Assembly: GCA_051313645.2 (NCBI GenBank)
Contig: JBNRSN020000107.1
Location: 2,232,001-2,296,000, forward strand
DNA from: Centroscyllium fabricii
Taxonomy: Eukaryota
Length of the DNA: 64,000 bases
Direction: 5' to 3'
Under the pieces are notes generated by a model. It was not told the DNA's origin. It did not search any database and saw only the letters and a list, made by a program, of their open reading frames with translations. This document shows, piece after piece, positions 13,027-25,273 of this stretch. The translations under genes were made by a program, and so were the position numbers. Position 1 is the stretch's first letter, and each line of letters begins with the position of its first letter.

Positions 13027-13783
13027 TGGGGGGGATTTTTCCAGAAGGGCGGGAACCTGGCAGGGATTGATCTGGGCCGCCTCCGGCCTCGCCCGCCCAA
13101 ACAGTTGGGAAGGCCACGCAATTTTAGTTTAATTAGGTTGTTAAATCCCCGTCGGCGGCAGCGGGAGGTAATTAGGTCAATCGAGTCGGGCTGCACTGTG
13201 ACATCACAGTGGAGTGCAGCCAATGGGAAAGGCCAAGTTCTGGTGACTGACAGATATACGGGCGGGCTCAGAATCCCTCACAACTCGCAGCGGCTGTCAG
13301 GAGCTGTGCAGAACTGAGATTTCTCAGTTTCTGCTCAAAGCTGCTGCTGCAGCCAGAATGGAGTAACTTACTCCTCTAAGGTGCTGGAGGCATGCCAAGC
13401 ATTTGGCAGCATGTCCATCACACCTTGAAGGAGAAAGTTATAAATGCAAGAAGTCACACAACACCAGGTTATAGTCCAACAGTAATAACCAGCGCTGAGC
13501 TCCCTCTGGGTTTCACCCAGCGGGGTTTAGGGTGGCCGGGTTAGGGCGGGAAACAGAGCAAAATGGCTGAGGGCCCTTAAAATGGCATTAAAGATGCCAA
13601 TTAAGGGCCCTTAACGAGGTGACATCCCATCCCTGCCAGCCAGCGGTGGGAAGGTTTCGGGGAGGGGAATCTGGGCGGGGGAAAATGAGAAAGCGGCGGG
13701 GGAAGGTTGGGACCCGCCGGTTCCGCTATTTTGCCGGCCAGGCTGCCGAAAACCCCGCCTCATGGGGACATGAAAATCCCCCC
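13027..13783. mobile_element. Harbinger-like non-autonomous element inserted in a SINE head
   Basis: Ends GGGGGGGATTTT ... GAAAATCCCCCC; flanks join into a SINE (...gatccagagacc / gagttcaaat); short Penelope-end fragment at ~13441-13485. Confidence 0.5.
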
Positions 13784-14983
13784 CGCCCCCCCCCCCGAGT
13801 TCAAATTATGCTCGTGTGGAGCATAAACTTCGACATGGACTGGTTGGACCGAGTGGCTATTTCTGTGTTGTATTTTTGTGTCGTATATCCTATGTAATGT
13901 AATCCTATGTAAAAATATTTCTCATCATCTCCTCTCTAGCTCTTTTGCCAATGATTTTAAATCCTCTGGTCATTGACCCATTCGCCAGAGAGAATAGTTT
14001 TTCTCTCTACTTTATCAAAATCTCTCATCATCGTGAAAACCTTGATTGGGTCACCTCTTAACCTGCTCTGTTCCAAGGAGAACATTCTGAACTTTTCCAA
14101 CCTCTCCTCATAACTGAAGTCCCTCGTCCCTGGTAACATCCTGGTAAACCTCCTTTGTGTCCTTTCTAAGGTCTTTACATCTTTCCTGACGTGTGGGGCT
14201 CAGAATTGTCCACAATACTCCAGCTGAGGCCTAAACAGTGATTTATAAAGTTCTAACATGATCTCTTTGCTTTTATAGTCTATTCCTCTAATTATAAACC
14301 CAAGTAACCCATATGCTTTTTTAACCACCTTATCAACTTGAGTTGTACCTTTACGGATTTGTGTATATGGACACCAAGGTCTCTCTGCTCATCGACACTT
14401 TTCAAAATCGTGCCAGATCGCGGGGGGTTGGTGATCTCTGGGTGGGCCTGAGATTGCAGGGGTGTCGGGGGTAGAACGGGAGGGTCAGAGATCATGGAGG
14501 TGGGGGGGAATCGGCCAATCGTGGGGAGAGAAGCAAGTAAGCTTGTTGGGCCTGGAGGAAACCCTGCTGCTCCTCCTAGCCCACAAGCAGTGCTGGAAAG
14601 GCGCTTACTTTGTGGATTTAGCCCATCCCTCCCTTCCTTCCCGACTGTTGTGGCGGCACGCCCACTGGGACATCGAATCCGCCATGGGAACTCCGCGGAG
14701 CAAAGCCCCGCTCATCCGGGTGACGCGACGATGTCACCACGTTGGCCGACGCGATGACGTCACCAACCGCGGGACTGTTTAAATACGCTTGTTGCGAGTG
14801 GTTCACTCTCTTTCTTGTTTTGTTTAGTATATTAAAGCTGTGTTTTCTCTAGCTCTGGCTCACGTGTGGTTCCTAGGCCCTGCCTGCGCTACAGTGGTGA
14901 CCCCGAATTGGAACGACTTCCAAAGATGAAAAGCTGCCGCAGGATCTGGGACCACCAGCCAAAGAACTTTTTAAATAGAAAAC

Positions 14984-16912
14984 ATGGTAAACCCAAGGAA
15001 CCAAGCTCCACGAACGCAAGGACTTGGCCAGAACGTCGGACGTGGACTAACTCTACCCGAGTTCTGGGAGCAACGGCCAGCGGCCTGGTTTATGTGCATC
15101 GAGACCAGCTGCCGCACACATGGCATCCAGGGGGACGACCGATACGACCTGGTCTTCTCAGCCCTACTGCAGTCGACGATCGATCGGATGTGGTCAAAAA
15201 TACAGCGTGTGCCCACCGCAGGCAGGTATGAATCGCTCAAGGCCGCGCTTATAATTTTTTTTACCCCCTCTCAATTTGAGCGCGACTGCCAGCTCCTCGT
15301 CCTCCCCGAATTCGGGGACGCAGACCCATCGGACCTCTTAGGTCAGATGCAAGCGCTCACACCCAACCCGGCCTCCCTCTTCCGCACCGTCTTCCTTCTT
15401 AAACTGCCCCGCGCCATCAGACCGGCCTTGGCGGCCCTTGGCCAACGGAGCAATGACGAGCTCGGAGAGGAAGCCGACAGGCTCATGGAGGCGCAGCGCA
15501 CCCGCTCAACCACGTGCGACCCTAACTCCGCATCGGTAGAGCGCAGCCAATCACCCCCCAGGCATAACTTTACGCCTGAACCTAGGGCCCCGCGCCCATC
15601 TAGGCAACCGCGTCCCTCTAGCACCGGCTGGTGCTACTACCACACGCGGTTCGACAACAAAGCGCACCGCTGCGTCCAGCCATGCGCGTTCAAGCCACGG
15701 CCCATCTCAGCCCCCACCATGTCTGTAGGCCACACAGGAGCACTGCTCTTTGCTACAGACAGCGGCATAGGCCTCAGGTTCCTCTGCGACACAGGCGCGC
15801 AGCACAGCATCGTGCCAGCCTCCCCTGCAGAAACCAAACAAGGCACCCGGGGCCCGCCACTAGCAGCGGCCAACGGCTCCAGTATAAAAACGTACGGCAC
15901 CCGCAAGCTTAAAATTACCCTTGCAAGCCACACGTACACCTGGGATTTCGTTACAGCCCAGGTCACATCGCCCCTCCTCGGGGCAGATTTCCTCTGCGCC
16001 TACGGCCTACTGGTCGACGTAACCCGGCGCCGCTTGGTCAACATGAATACCATGACGACCATCCCATGCTCCACAGGGCCCGCACTCCTGGCCCACGCGG
16101 CAGCCCAATGCCGCTCCCGGGAGTCCGATGCCTACGGCACACTCCTTGCGGAGTTCCCCGCCCTAACCAACCCCACGTTCACCGCCCGACAGGCCAAACA
16201 CGGGGTGGAGCATTTTATAACGACCACAGGCCCTCGCGTCCATGCCCACGCCCGTAGGCTCGACCCGGCCAAGCAGGAGATAGCGCGCACCGAGTTCCGC
16301 ACCATGGAGCAACTCGGTATAATCCGCCGCTCCAACAGCCCCTGGGCCTCTCCTCTCCACATAGCCCCCAAGCCCGACGGAGGTTGGCGCCCCTGCGGCG
16401 ACTACTGCCGCCTAAACAACGCCACCACCCCGGATAGGTACCCCGTACCCCACATCCAGGATTTTTCCGCCAGATTAGCGGGCTGTACGATCTTTTCCAA
16501 GATCGACCTGGTGCGTGGCTACCACCAGGTGCCGGTACACCCGGCGGACATTCCTAAAACGGCCGTTATTACCCCCTTCGGGCTCTTCGAGTTCCTCAGG
16601 ATGCCCTTCGGCCTTAAAAACGCGGCCCAGGCCGTCCAGCGCCTCATGGACTCAGTCCTACGGGACTTGAAGTTCATTTTCGTCTATTTAGACGACATCC
16701 TCGTGGCCAGCACCTCCCCCCAGAAACACCTCCTGCACCTCAGGACCCTGTTCCAGCGCCTGGCCGAACACGGCCTTATCTTAAGCCCCACCAAGTGCAA
16801 ATTCGGCCTCGAAACTATTGACTTCCTCGGCCACCGCATTTCCCAAACGGGCCATACCCCTGCCCTCCAAGGTGCAGGTGGTACAGGAATTCCCCCGCCC
16901 GCACTCCATTAA
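14984..16912 (+). CDS. Gypsy gag-protease-RT (native frame lost near 16850)
   Basis: LPEFW gag start, CYYH...C knuckle, FLCDTGA protease, [20 protein letters not shown]. Confidence 0.9.
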   Translation: MVNPRNQAPRTQGLGQNVGRGLTLPEFWEQRPAAWFMCIETSCRTHGIQGDDRYDLVFSALLQSTIDRMWSKIQRVPTAGRYESLKAALIIFFTPSQFERDCQLLVLPEFGDADPSDLLGQMQALTPNPASLFRTVFLLKLPRAIRPALAALGQRSNDELGEEADRLMEAQRTRSTTCDPNSASVERSQSPPRHNFTPEPRAPRPSRQPRPSSTGWCYYHTRFDNKAHRCVQPCAFKPRPISAPTMSVGHTGALLFATDSGIGLRFLCDTGAQHSIVPASPAETKQGTRGPPLAAANGSSIKTYGTRKLKITLASHTYTWDFVTAQVTSPLLGADFLCAYGLLVDVTRRRLVNMNTMTTIPCSTGPALLAHAAAQCRSRESDAYGTLLAEFPALTNPTFTARQAKHGVEHFITTTGPRVHAHARRLDPAKQEIARTEFRTMEQLGIIRRSNSPWASPLHIAPKPDGGWRPCGDYCRLNNATTPDRYPVPHIQDFSARLAGCTIFSKIDLVRGYHQVPVHPADIPKTAVITPFGLFEFLRMPFGLKNAAQAVQRLMDSVLRDLKFIFVYLDDILVASTSPQKHLLHLRTLFQRLAEHGLILSPTKCKFGLETIDFLGHRISQTGHTPALQGAGGTGIPPPALH

Positions 16913-18809
16913 AGGGCTGCAGGAATTCTTAGGCATGGTTAATTTTTATAACCGCTTTATCCCGGGAGCAGCCGCTCTCATGGCCCCCTTATACCAGGCC
17001 ACCCGCGGGCAGTCCAACAAGGCTGCGGTCGAGTGGACGGCCGACGCCGCCACCGCCTTCACCGCAACTAAAACCGCCCTGGCAAACGCCACCCTCCTAG
17101 CCCATCCTAGGCCCAACGCCAGAGTAGCCCTCACCACCGACGCCTCAGACCATGTGGTCGGGGCCGTATTTGAGCAGTGGACCGGCAACTCGTGGCAGCC
17201 CCTGGCCTTTTTCAGCCGGCAACTCCGGCCCCCAGAGGTTAAATACAGCGCCTTCGATAGGGAGCTACTCGCTCTCCATCTGGCAGTGCGACACTTTCGT
17301 TTCCTCTTGGAGGGCCGCCACTTCACAGCCTTCAGCGACCATAAGCCACTCACGTTTGCGATGGCTAAGGTCGCCGAACCCTGGTCGGCCAGGCAGCAGC
17401 GCCGACTCGCGGCCGTGTCGGAATTTACTACCGACATCCAGCACATTTCCGGCCGCGACAACGTGGTCGCTGACTGCCTCTCACGCCCCACCATTAACGC
17501 CACCCAAATGGCGGTCGATTACGCCCAGCTGGCCGCGGACCAGCTGGCCGACCCCGACCTGCTCAACGCAGCAGCTAATCTCCCCGGCCTCCACTTGGCC
17601 AATATCGCGCACGGCCCCACTGCCACCGTCGTCTGCTGCGACGTATCCCTGCCGCAGCCCAGGCCAGTCGTACCCCACGCTTGGAGGCGACACATATTTA
17701 GGACCCTCCATGACCTGTCCCACCCCGGCGCCCGCGCGTCCATCAAATTAATCTCGGCCCGGTTCGTATGGCGCGGCCTGCGCAAGGACGTCCGCGCCTG
17801 GGCCAGCTCCTGCATAGCCTGCCAGCGCTCCAAAGTGCATAAGCACATCAGGGCACCGCTGGAGACTTTTAAAGTGCCGGCCAGACGCTTTGACCACGTC
17901 CATATCGATCTCGTCGGGCCACTACCGCCATCCCGGGGCCACACGCACCTAATGACCATGGTCGACCGCAACACTCGCTGGCCAGAAGCAGTCCCCCTCA
18001 CCGCCACCGGCACCACGGACTTGGCCAGGGCGTTCATCGCCACCTGGGTCGCCCGCTTCGGCGTGCCCACAGACATCACCTCCGACAGAGGACCCCAGTT
18101 TACATCGGCATTATGGGCGGCCATCGCCCGCGACCTTGGGGTGACACTACATCGAACCACCGCATACCACCCACAAGCGAACGGGCTATGCGAACGGTTC
18201 CACCGCTCAATGAAGGCATCGCTACGAGCCACGCTCAAGGATGCGTCGTGGACCGACCGCCTTCCATGGGTTCTCCTCGGGCTGCGCTCGGCAGTCAAGG
18301 AAGACCTAAACGCCTCGGCAGCAGAGCTCGTCTACGGCCAAACTTTAACGGTGCCGGGCGAGTTCCTGGCTGAGCCCAACGCATCCTGGTCAGCCGACCA
18401 GTATTTAAAAGACTTCGCCAACCCGGCACGAGCTTTCCAGCCACTACCAGTGGCCCGGCACGGAGAGCCGGCAGCTCGGGTGCCGGACGGCATTAAAAAC
18501 GCTAAATTTGTGTTCGTCCGGCGCGACGGACACCGATCTCCACTACAGCCACCGTACGATGGCCCCTACAGAGTGCTTCGGGCGGGAGCTAAAGCTTTTG
18601 AATTACAAGTGGGCAACAGGACTGACACTGTGACAATAGACCGGCTCAAGCCGGCACACGTTATAGCGGGTGAGACAACGGTCCCCGCACAACCACCACA
18701 ACGCGGTCGCCCTCCCGCAACAAAACCCGCCCACACTCCACCGCAGAACCAGGAGCAACAGACAACACGGTCCGGCCGCATCATCCGGCCACCCCAACGG
18801 CACACATAG
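16853..18809 (+). CDS. Gypsy RNase H-integrase (continuation of pol)
   Basis: [30 protein letters not shown] zinc finger (HDLSH...CIAC), HIDLVG/ITSDRG/ERFH DDE core, GPY motif. Confidence 0.9.
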
Positions 18810-19280
18810 ACTCTGTTACTATTCCTCCCGGACGGATTCTGGGGGGAGCTGTGTGGCGGCACGCCCACTGGGACATCGAATCCGCCACGGGAACTCCGCG
18901 GAGCAAAGCCCCGCTCATCCGGGTGACGCGACGACGTCACCACGTTGGCCGACGCGATGACGTCACCAACCGCGGGACTGTTTCAATACGCTTGTTGCGA
19001 GTGGTTCACTCTCTTTCTTGTTTTGTTTAGTATATTAAAGCTGTGTTTTCTCTAGCTCTGGCTCACGTGTGATTCCTAGGCCCTGCCGGCGCTACACTGT
19101 CATATTTAAGATGACGCCAGGTCTTATTCATGAGATTGTCGGGTTGCTGAGCTACTTTGCTCCATGAGTGTGAATCCTGTGGGTTTTATGGATATTTATT
19201 TTTAGGTTTACTTTGGTTATAAGCCTAATGTCAGGTGCAAATTACAAGGTGTTTCTCATGTTGCTTATTTGTATTTGCAG

Positions 19281-19334
19281 TCCGCCTATGTGACCGGGAA
19301 AGAATTTATCATCGATGGAGGCTGGAGCTTGTGA
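19281..19334 (+). CDS. BDH2: BDH2 final coding exon
   Basis: gtatttgcag|TCCGCCTATGTG...TTGTGA; SAYVTGKEFIIDGGWSL*, continuing in phase 0 from the 11614-11706 exon; matches the BDH2 C-terminus SAYVTGNPVIIDGGWSL. Confidence 0.93.
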   Translation, partial: SAYVTGKEFIIDGGWSL

Positions 19335-19619
19335 ATATTATATACACATGTGGCAGACAATACAAATCACCCGGATCAACTGAGTTGGATCCTGTTTAAT
19401 CACTGAGTAATGTAATTTCAATTATGAATAGATTACTTATAATTTTTCAGTTCTGTAGATTTAAGGATTGATTTTTTTAAATGCGATTTCCATGCACAGC
19501 CTCACCCACTAGGACTGGGGATCAGCATATCGTGCAACTACTTGGCACAAATTTGTGTCTCTCACCCTAACCCAATAAGACTCTGTGCCATAGAAGCATG
19601 CATTCGGAAAATCAGGTGT

Positions 19620-22200
19620 TCATAGAATGATACAACACTGAAGGAGGCCATTCGGCCAATCGTGCCTGTGCCAGCTCTTTGAAAGAGCGATCCAATTAGT
19701 CCTACTCCCCTGCTCTTTCCTCATAGCCCTGCACATTTTTCCCCTGCAAATAGTTATCCAATTCCCTTTTGAAAGGTACTATTGAATCTGCTTCCAACAT
19801 CCTTTCAAGCAGCGCATTCCAGATCACAACAACTCGCTGCATAAATAATAAATTCTCCTCATGTTTCCTCTGGTTCTTTTGCCAATTACTTTAAATAACT
19901 GTGTCCTCTGGGTACTGACCCTTCTGCCACTGGAAACATTTCTCCTCATTTACTCTATCAAAACCTTTCATGATTTTGAACACTGCCATCAAATCTCCCC
20001 TTAACCTTCTCTGCTCTAAGGAGAACAACCCCAGCTTCTCCAGTCTCTCCACATAACTGACGTCCCTCATCCCTGGAACCATTATAGTAAATCTCCTCTG
20101 CGCCCTCTCCAAGGCCTTGACATCCTTCCTAAAAAATGGTGCCCAGAATTGGCCACAATACCCCACTCCCCTCTCTGAGGAGGATTGGAAGACTGTGGCC
20201 AGAGCCTCCACAATCTCCATCCTTACTTCCCTCAGCAACCGAGGATGAATCCCATCTGGACCGGGTGACTTTTCTACTTTGAGCGCTGTCAACCTGTTAG
20301 TACCTCCTCTTTATCTATTTTTATTCTGTCCAATTTCTCTCCTACCTCCTCCTTTACTGTAACGTTAGCAGCATCCTCTTCTGTAGTGAAGACAGTTGCA
20401 AAGTTCTCAATCAGTATCTCAGCCATGCCCTCTGCTGCCACAAGAAGATCTCCTTTAGGTCCCTAATCAGCCCCACCCTTCCTTTGAAACCCTTTTACTA
20501 TTTATATGTTTATAAAATACTTTTGGGTTCCCGTTCATGTTATTTGTTAATCTGTTCTCATACTCTCTATTTGGCCCTCTTTCCCTTTTTTAGATCTTCT
20601 CTGTACTTTCTGTATTCAGCTTGATTCTTTCCTGAATTATGAATCTGACATTTATCATAAGCCTCTTCTTTCTGTTTGATTTTAATCTCTATATCTTTAG
20701 TCATCCAGGGAGCTCTAGCTTTGGAGGCCCTTCCTTTCCTCTTTGGGAATGTGTCTAGCCTGTATCCAAACTGACTCCTCTTTGAAGGCCTCCCATTGTT
20801 CATTTACTGAGCTTCCTGCCAATCTTTGATTCCAATCTAGCTGGGCCAGATCCCCTTTCAATTCACTCAGCTTAGCCCTCCTTCAGTTGAATATTTTCAC
20901 ATTTGATTGTACATTGTCCTTTCCCATAACTATTCTAACCCTAATGATATTGTGATCGCTCTTTCCCAGATGCCCTCCCACTGAAGCATTCTCCACTCGC
21001 CCCACTTCATTCCCCAGAACTGGATCCAGCATTGCATCCTTCCTCATTGGGCTGGAAACATACTGAGCAAGAAAGTTCTCTTGTACGCATTTCAGGAATT
21101 ACTCCCCGTCTTTGTCCTTGAAACTGTTATTTTCTCCGTCTACATTAGGATAATTGAAGTCCCCCATTGTCATTGCTCCAACGTTCTTGCATCCTTTTGC
21201 AATTTTCTTGCAAATTTGCTCCTCTATCTCCTTCCCACTGGTGGCCTACAGTCTACACCCAGGCTCCTCTATTCCTTAATTCTACCAAATCAATTCTGTC
21301 TTTGAACCCTCAAGTATATCAACCCTTTCCAGTGCTGTATCTTTGATCAAAACTGCCTACCCTCCTTTTTATCCTCCGCTATATTTTCTGACTACATTGT
21401 AGCCAGGACTATGAAGTGCCCATTCCTCCCACTGTTTGAGCCAGGTCTCCGTTATTGCCACTATATCAATCCCATGTGGCTACTTGTGCCTGCAGCTCAC
21501 CAACCTTATTTACCACGCTTTGGGCATTTACGTTCATGCACTCGAAACCCATCTTAGTCGGCCTTACATTTGTTCCCTGTCTGATCCCTCCTATTTCTGA
21601 ACTACTCTTTATTCTAATGCTGTTAGTCTCTATCAGTCACAGAAACACAGAAGATAGGAGCAGGAGTCGGCCATTCAGCCCTTCGAGCCTGCTCCGCCAT
21701 TTTGATGAGATCATGCTGATCATCCAAACCTAGCACCCCACTCCTACCCTCTCCCCATATCCCCGACACCCCCAACTCTAAGAACGATATCTCACACACA
21801 TACTCATGGGCAATTTTTAGTATCTCCAATTCACCTAACCTGCAAGTCCTCTGTGCACCTTGTATTTCCTCTCTGATGCTTCATCCTGGTGCACCTCCCC
21901 CTGCCTATTTAGTTTAAACTCTCCCCTACAGAACTAGTTCACTTCCCTGTGAGGACATTCATCCCAGCCCTGTTGAGGTGCAACTCATCCATCTTGTACA
22001 GGCCCTTCCTGCCCCAGAACTGGTGCCAATGCCCCAGGACTCTGGAACCTTTCCTCCTGCACCATTTCTCCAGCCTTGCATTATAACCTGTCTTAACCTA
22101 TTGCTCCTATACTCACTATCTGTAACCCTTTTCCTACCAATGCCATTGGTTCCAACATGGACCACGACTTCTGGCGGTTCCCCTTCCCCTTGCAAACATT
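19620..22200 (-). mobile_element. Old fragmented CR1 LINE(s) with SINE/LINE tail insertions
   Basis: KSPGPDGIHPRLL, LGLFSLEQRRLRGDL, APWMTKDI and ORF1 VVVHVGTN fragments on the minus strand. Confidence 0.75.
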
Positions 22201-22665
22201 TGATTTTCTCATGGTTTCTATACAAAGGAAGTTGTAACTTCACCGAAGTGAAAGTGATCCAGGATGCAAGTAAAACCTAATAATGAAATAAATCTGTTTC
22301 CAGTTCTGTGTAATATATAATTGAAGAACGCCTTGTCAATATAGCCATTATCAGAAGAGATTGAACAGACTGCGTCTGTTTTCTTTGAAGAAGAGATAAC
22401 CTGATTGAGGTCTCTAAAATTATGAAGGGCTTTGATTGACTGGAGCTGGGGAAACTTTCTGCTTGTGGGCGAGTCCAGAACAAAGAGGAATAAATATAAA
22501 GTTGATGCATACATGAGGAAAAAAGGAATAGACAGATACAGGGGCAGGACAGGAAGAGGGAATTAGAGTGGGAGGAGGCTCGTGTGGAGTATAAATACCA
22601 GCATAGACCAGTTGGGCCGAATGGTCTGTTTCTGTGCTGTACATTCAATATAATTCAATGTAATA

Positions 22666-23007
22666 CAGGTACAAAATCCTTTATCCGCAACTCCGAAAAC
22701 CGAAAAGCTCCAAAAACCGAAGAACGTTTCGGAGCACAAACCTAAATCTAATCGGGGCCTGAGGCCTACACCGGGTTTCCAGCCCACCCGCGGGTACAAT
22801 TCCTCCCCGAGCCCACAATCTCCTACCGCCTCCCGGGAGCGTCTCTTCCAATTCAGCGGACAGCCCTGCGCATGCGCAGAGCGCCGTTCCGCGCCTGCGC
22901 ACTGGGCCGCCGACACGGCAATGCTGGGCACCATCCGAAAACCGAAAAAATCCGAAATCCGAGACCCGTCCGGTCCCAAGGGTTTCGGATAAAGGATTGT
23001 GTACCTG
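22666..23007. mobile_element. pogo/Tigger4-like MITE with CpG-rich interior
   Basis: TIRs CAGGTACA(A/C)AATCCTTTATCCG, TA on both sides, subterminal CCGAAA repeats as in Tigger4/MER46 ends. Confidence 0.85.
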
Positions 23008-23149
23008 TATGATGACTGTGACTCCAAATTTAATGAGGTCCAGGAATGCTTGGGCAGAATATGAAGACAAAATCTTAAAAAGTATGAAAAAGATTGATAA
23101 GAAATTCAGTGATATTATCTGAGAATCAAGTGACTTACTTTGTTCCTAT

Positions 23150-24318
23150 AAACAGAAAATGCTGGAAATACTCAGCAGGTCAGGCAGCATCTGTGGAGAG
23201 AGAGACAGAGTTAACGTTTCAGGTCGATGACCCTTTGTCAGAACTGGAGAAAGCTGGAGATGGAACAGGTTTTAAACAAATGCAGGGCAGGGAAAGGAGG
23301 GAGGGAGGAAAGGACAAAAGGGAAGGTCTGTGATAGGGTGGAAGGCCGGAGAGATTAAATGACAAAAGTGATGATGGTGCGAGGCAAAAGGAGATGATCA
23401 TGAAACAAATAAACAAAAGATAGGTCTAAAGGAGGTGTGTAAATGGGAATAGCAGAATCATCAACAGCTGCCGTCTGCAAAAATGGAGGCAGAGGTTATG
23501 GTCTGAAATTGTTGAACTCACTGTTGAGTCCGGAAGGCTGTAAAGTGCCTATTTGAAAGATAAGATGTTGTTCCTCGAGCTTACGTTGAGCTTCATTGGA
23601 ACAGTGTAGGAGGCCGAGGACAGAGAGATCGGAGTGGGAGTGCAGAATTAAATTGACAGGCGACCGGAAGCTCAGGGTCATGCTTGCAGACTGAACGGAG
23701 GTGTTCCGGCAAGCGGCCACCCAATCTGCGTTTGGTCTCCCCAATGTAGAGGAGACCGCATCGTGAGCAGCGGATACAATATACTAACTTGCAAGAAGTA
23801 CAAGTAAATCGCTGTTTCACCTGGAAGGAGTGTATGGGGCCCTGGATGGTGGGAAGGGAGGAGGTAGAAGGGCAGGTGTTGCATCACCTGTGCTTGCACG
23901 GGAAGGTGCCGTGGGAAGGGGAAGGGGTGTTGGGGGTGATTGAGGCGTGGACAGGGTTGAGAGATGTCACGGAGGGAAGGGTCCCTTCAGAATGCTGAAA
24001 GGGGAGGGGAAGATCTGTTTGGTGTTGGCATCACGCTGGAGGTGGGGGGGAATGGCAGAGGATGACCCTTTGAAAGTGGAGGCTGGTGGGGTGGAAGGTG
24101 AGGACAAGGGGAACCGTGTTGTGGTTCTGGAAGGGAGGGGAAGGGGTGAGAGCATAAGTGCGGGAAATGGAACGGACCCGGTTGAGGGCCGTGTCAACCA
24201 CGGTGGAGGGAAATCCTCGGTTGAGGAAAAAGCAAGACATATTGGAAGCACTGGTATGGAAGGTGGCATGGTCGGAACAGATGTGACGGAGACTGATAAA
24301 CTGGGAGAATGGAATCGA
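23150..24318 (-). mobile_element. Penelope-like element 3' fragment (GIY-YIG endonuclease)
   Basis: QRFTCTSCKLVYCIRCSRCGLLYIGETKRRLGGRLPEH and VPLVLTFHP; terminal region carries a hammerhead-like motif. Confidence 0.85.
23209..23245 (-). ncRNA. Minimal type I hammerhead ribozyme, core mutated
   Basis: AGTT-CTGACAA-AGGGTCATCGACCT-GAAA-CGTT-AACT; CUGAnGA core reads CUGACAA. Confidence 0.5.
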
Positions 24319-25273
24319 ATCGTTACCTTGTTCCTCAGGTTTTTGCTAAAATATGTAGGCTGAACTATCTTATAGGCTGCACTGCAGTTTCCATGCACTT
24401 CAACTACTTACAGCATTTACACTGGATTTACGCCAATATCTACTCCAAATGAGCTGACCCAGGAAACTGTAGTGTAAATGCCTCTTCAAACCACTGGTGG
24501 GTACAGATATTTTTCCATTGGTGTAACAGCAGCACAGATCCCTGTAAGAAAATTAATCCCAGTGATACCATCTTTACAGGAAGAGTCATGAGTTAGACTT
24601 TAATCTTCAGCGACTGGGCATAATCTGACGGACCGAATCGCCCGCCCTATATCGAACCCGCACGATTTTCATTCCATTGAAATTAGTTGGTCCACTCGGC
24701 AAAATTACTGACAAAGCAGTGAAGATGAACATTTACCCTAGGGATCCCAGTAAATGACACAGAATTTACAGCACAGAAACAGGACATTCGGCCCAACCAG
24801 TCTCTGCTGGTGTTTATGCTCCACACCAGCCTCCTCCCATTCTCTATACTTCATCTCAACATATCCTATCTCTCTAACTTATCTGGCAAGCTATCCCCTT
24901 AATCCTTTCTCCCACATGTTTATCCAGCTTCCCCTTAAATGTATCGATACTATTCACCTCAACCACTCCCTGTGGGAGCGAGTTCCACATTCTCACCACT
25001 CTCTGGGCAAAGATCATTGAAGAGTTTTAGGGGAGATGGCTCTCTGCCAATCTTCTATGCATACATCCACAGAAAAAGGCACTTTGCATAAACAGACCCA
25101 TGTACATTAGATTCTGAAACTAGCAAATTTGCATGTGACATGAAGGGAATAGTACGCCACATGATTAACAATTACCCTTTTTATTGCCTACTCTTGCAGA
25201 TTGTGAAGGCTGCCCATCATGCTCTCATGCCCATCCAAAAGGTAGAAACATATTGTTCAGGTCAATACTAATA

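Larger units (their letters stand above)
14649..19096 (+). mobile_element. Full-length Ty3/Gypsy LTR retrotransposon (4448 bp)
   Basis: 245-bp LTRs 14649-14893 and 18852-19096 (TG...CA, 5 mismatches by eye); 4-bp TSD CTGT; PBS TGGTGACCCCGA (tRNA-Trp) at 14895; G-rich PPT before the 3' LTR; lies in the last BDH2 intron. Confidence 0.97.

Noticed and set aside
16840-16860. Programmed ribosomal frameshift in the Gypsy pol
   Set aside because: It falls at the end of RT, not at the gag/pol boundary, and both sister copies read through in one frame. It is a mutation or sequencing error.
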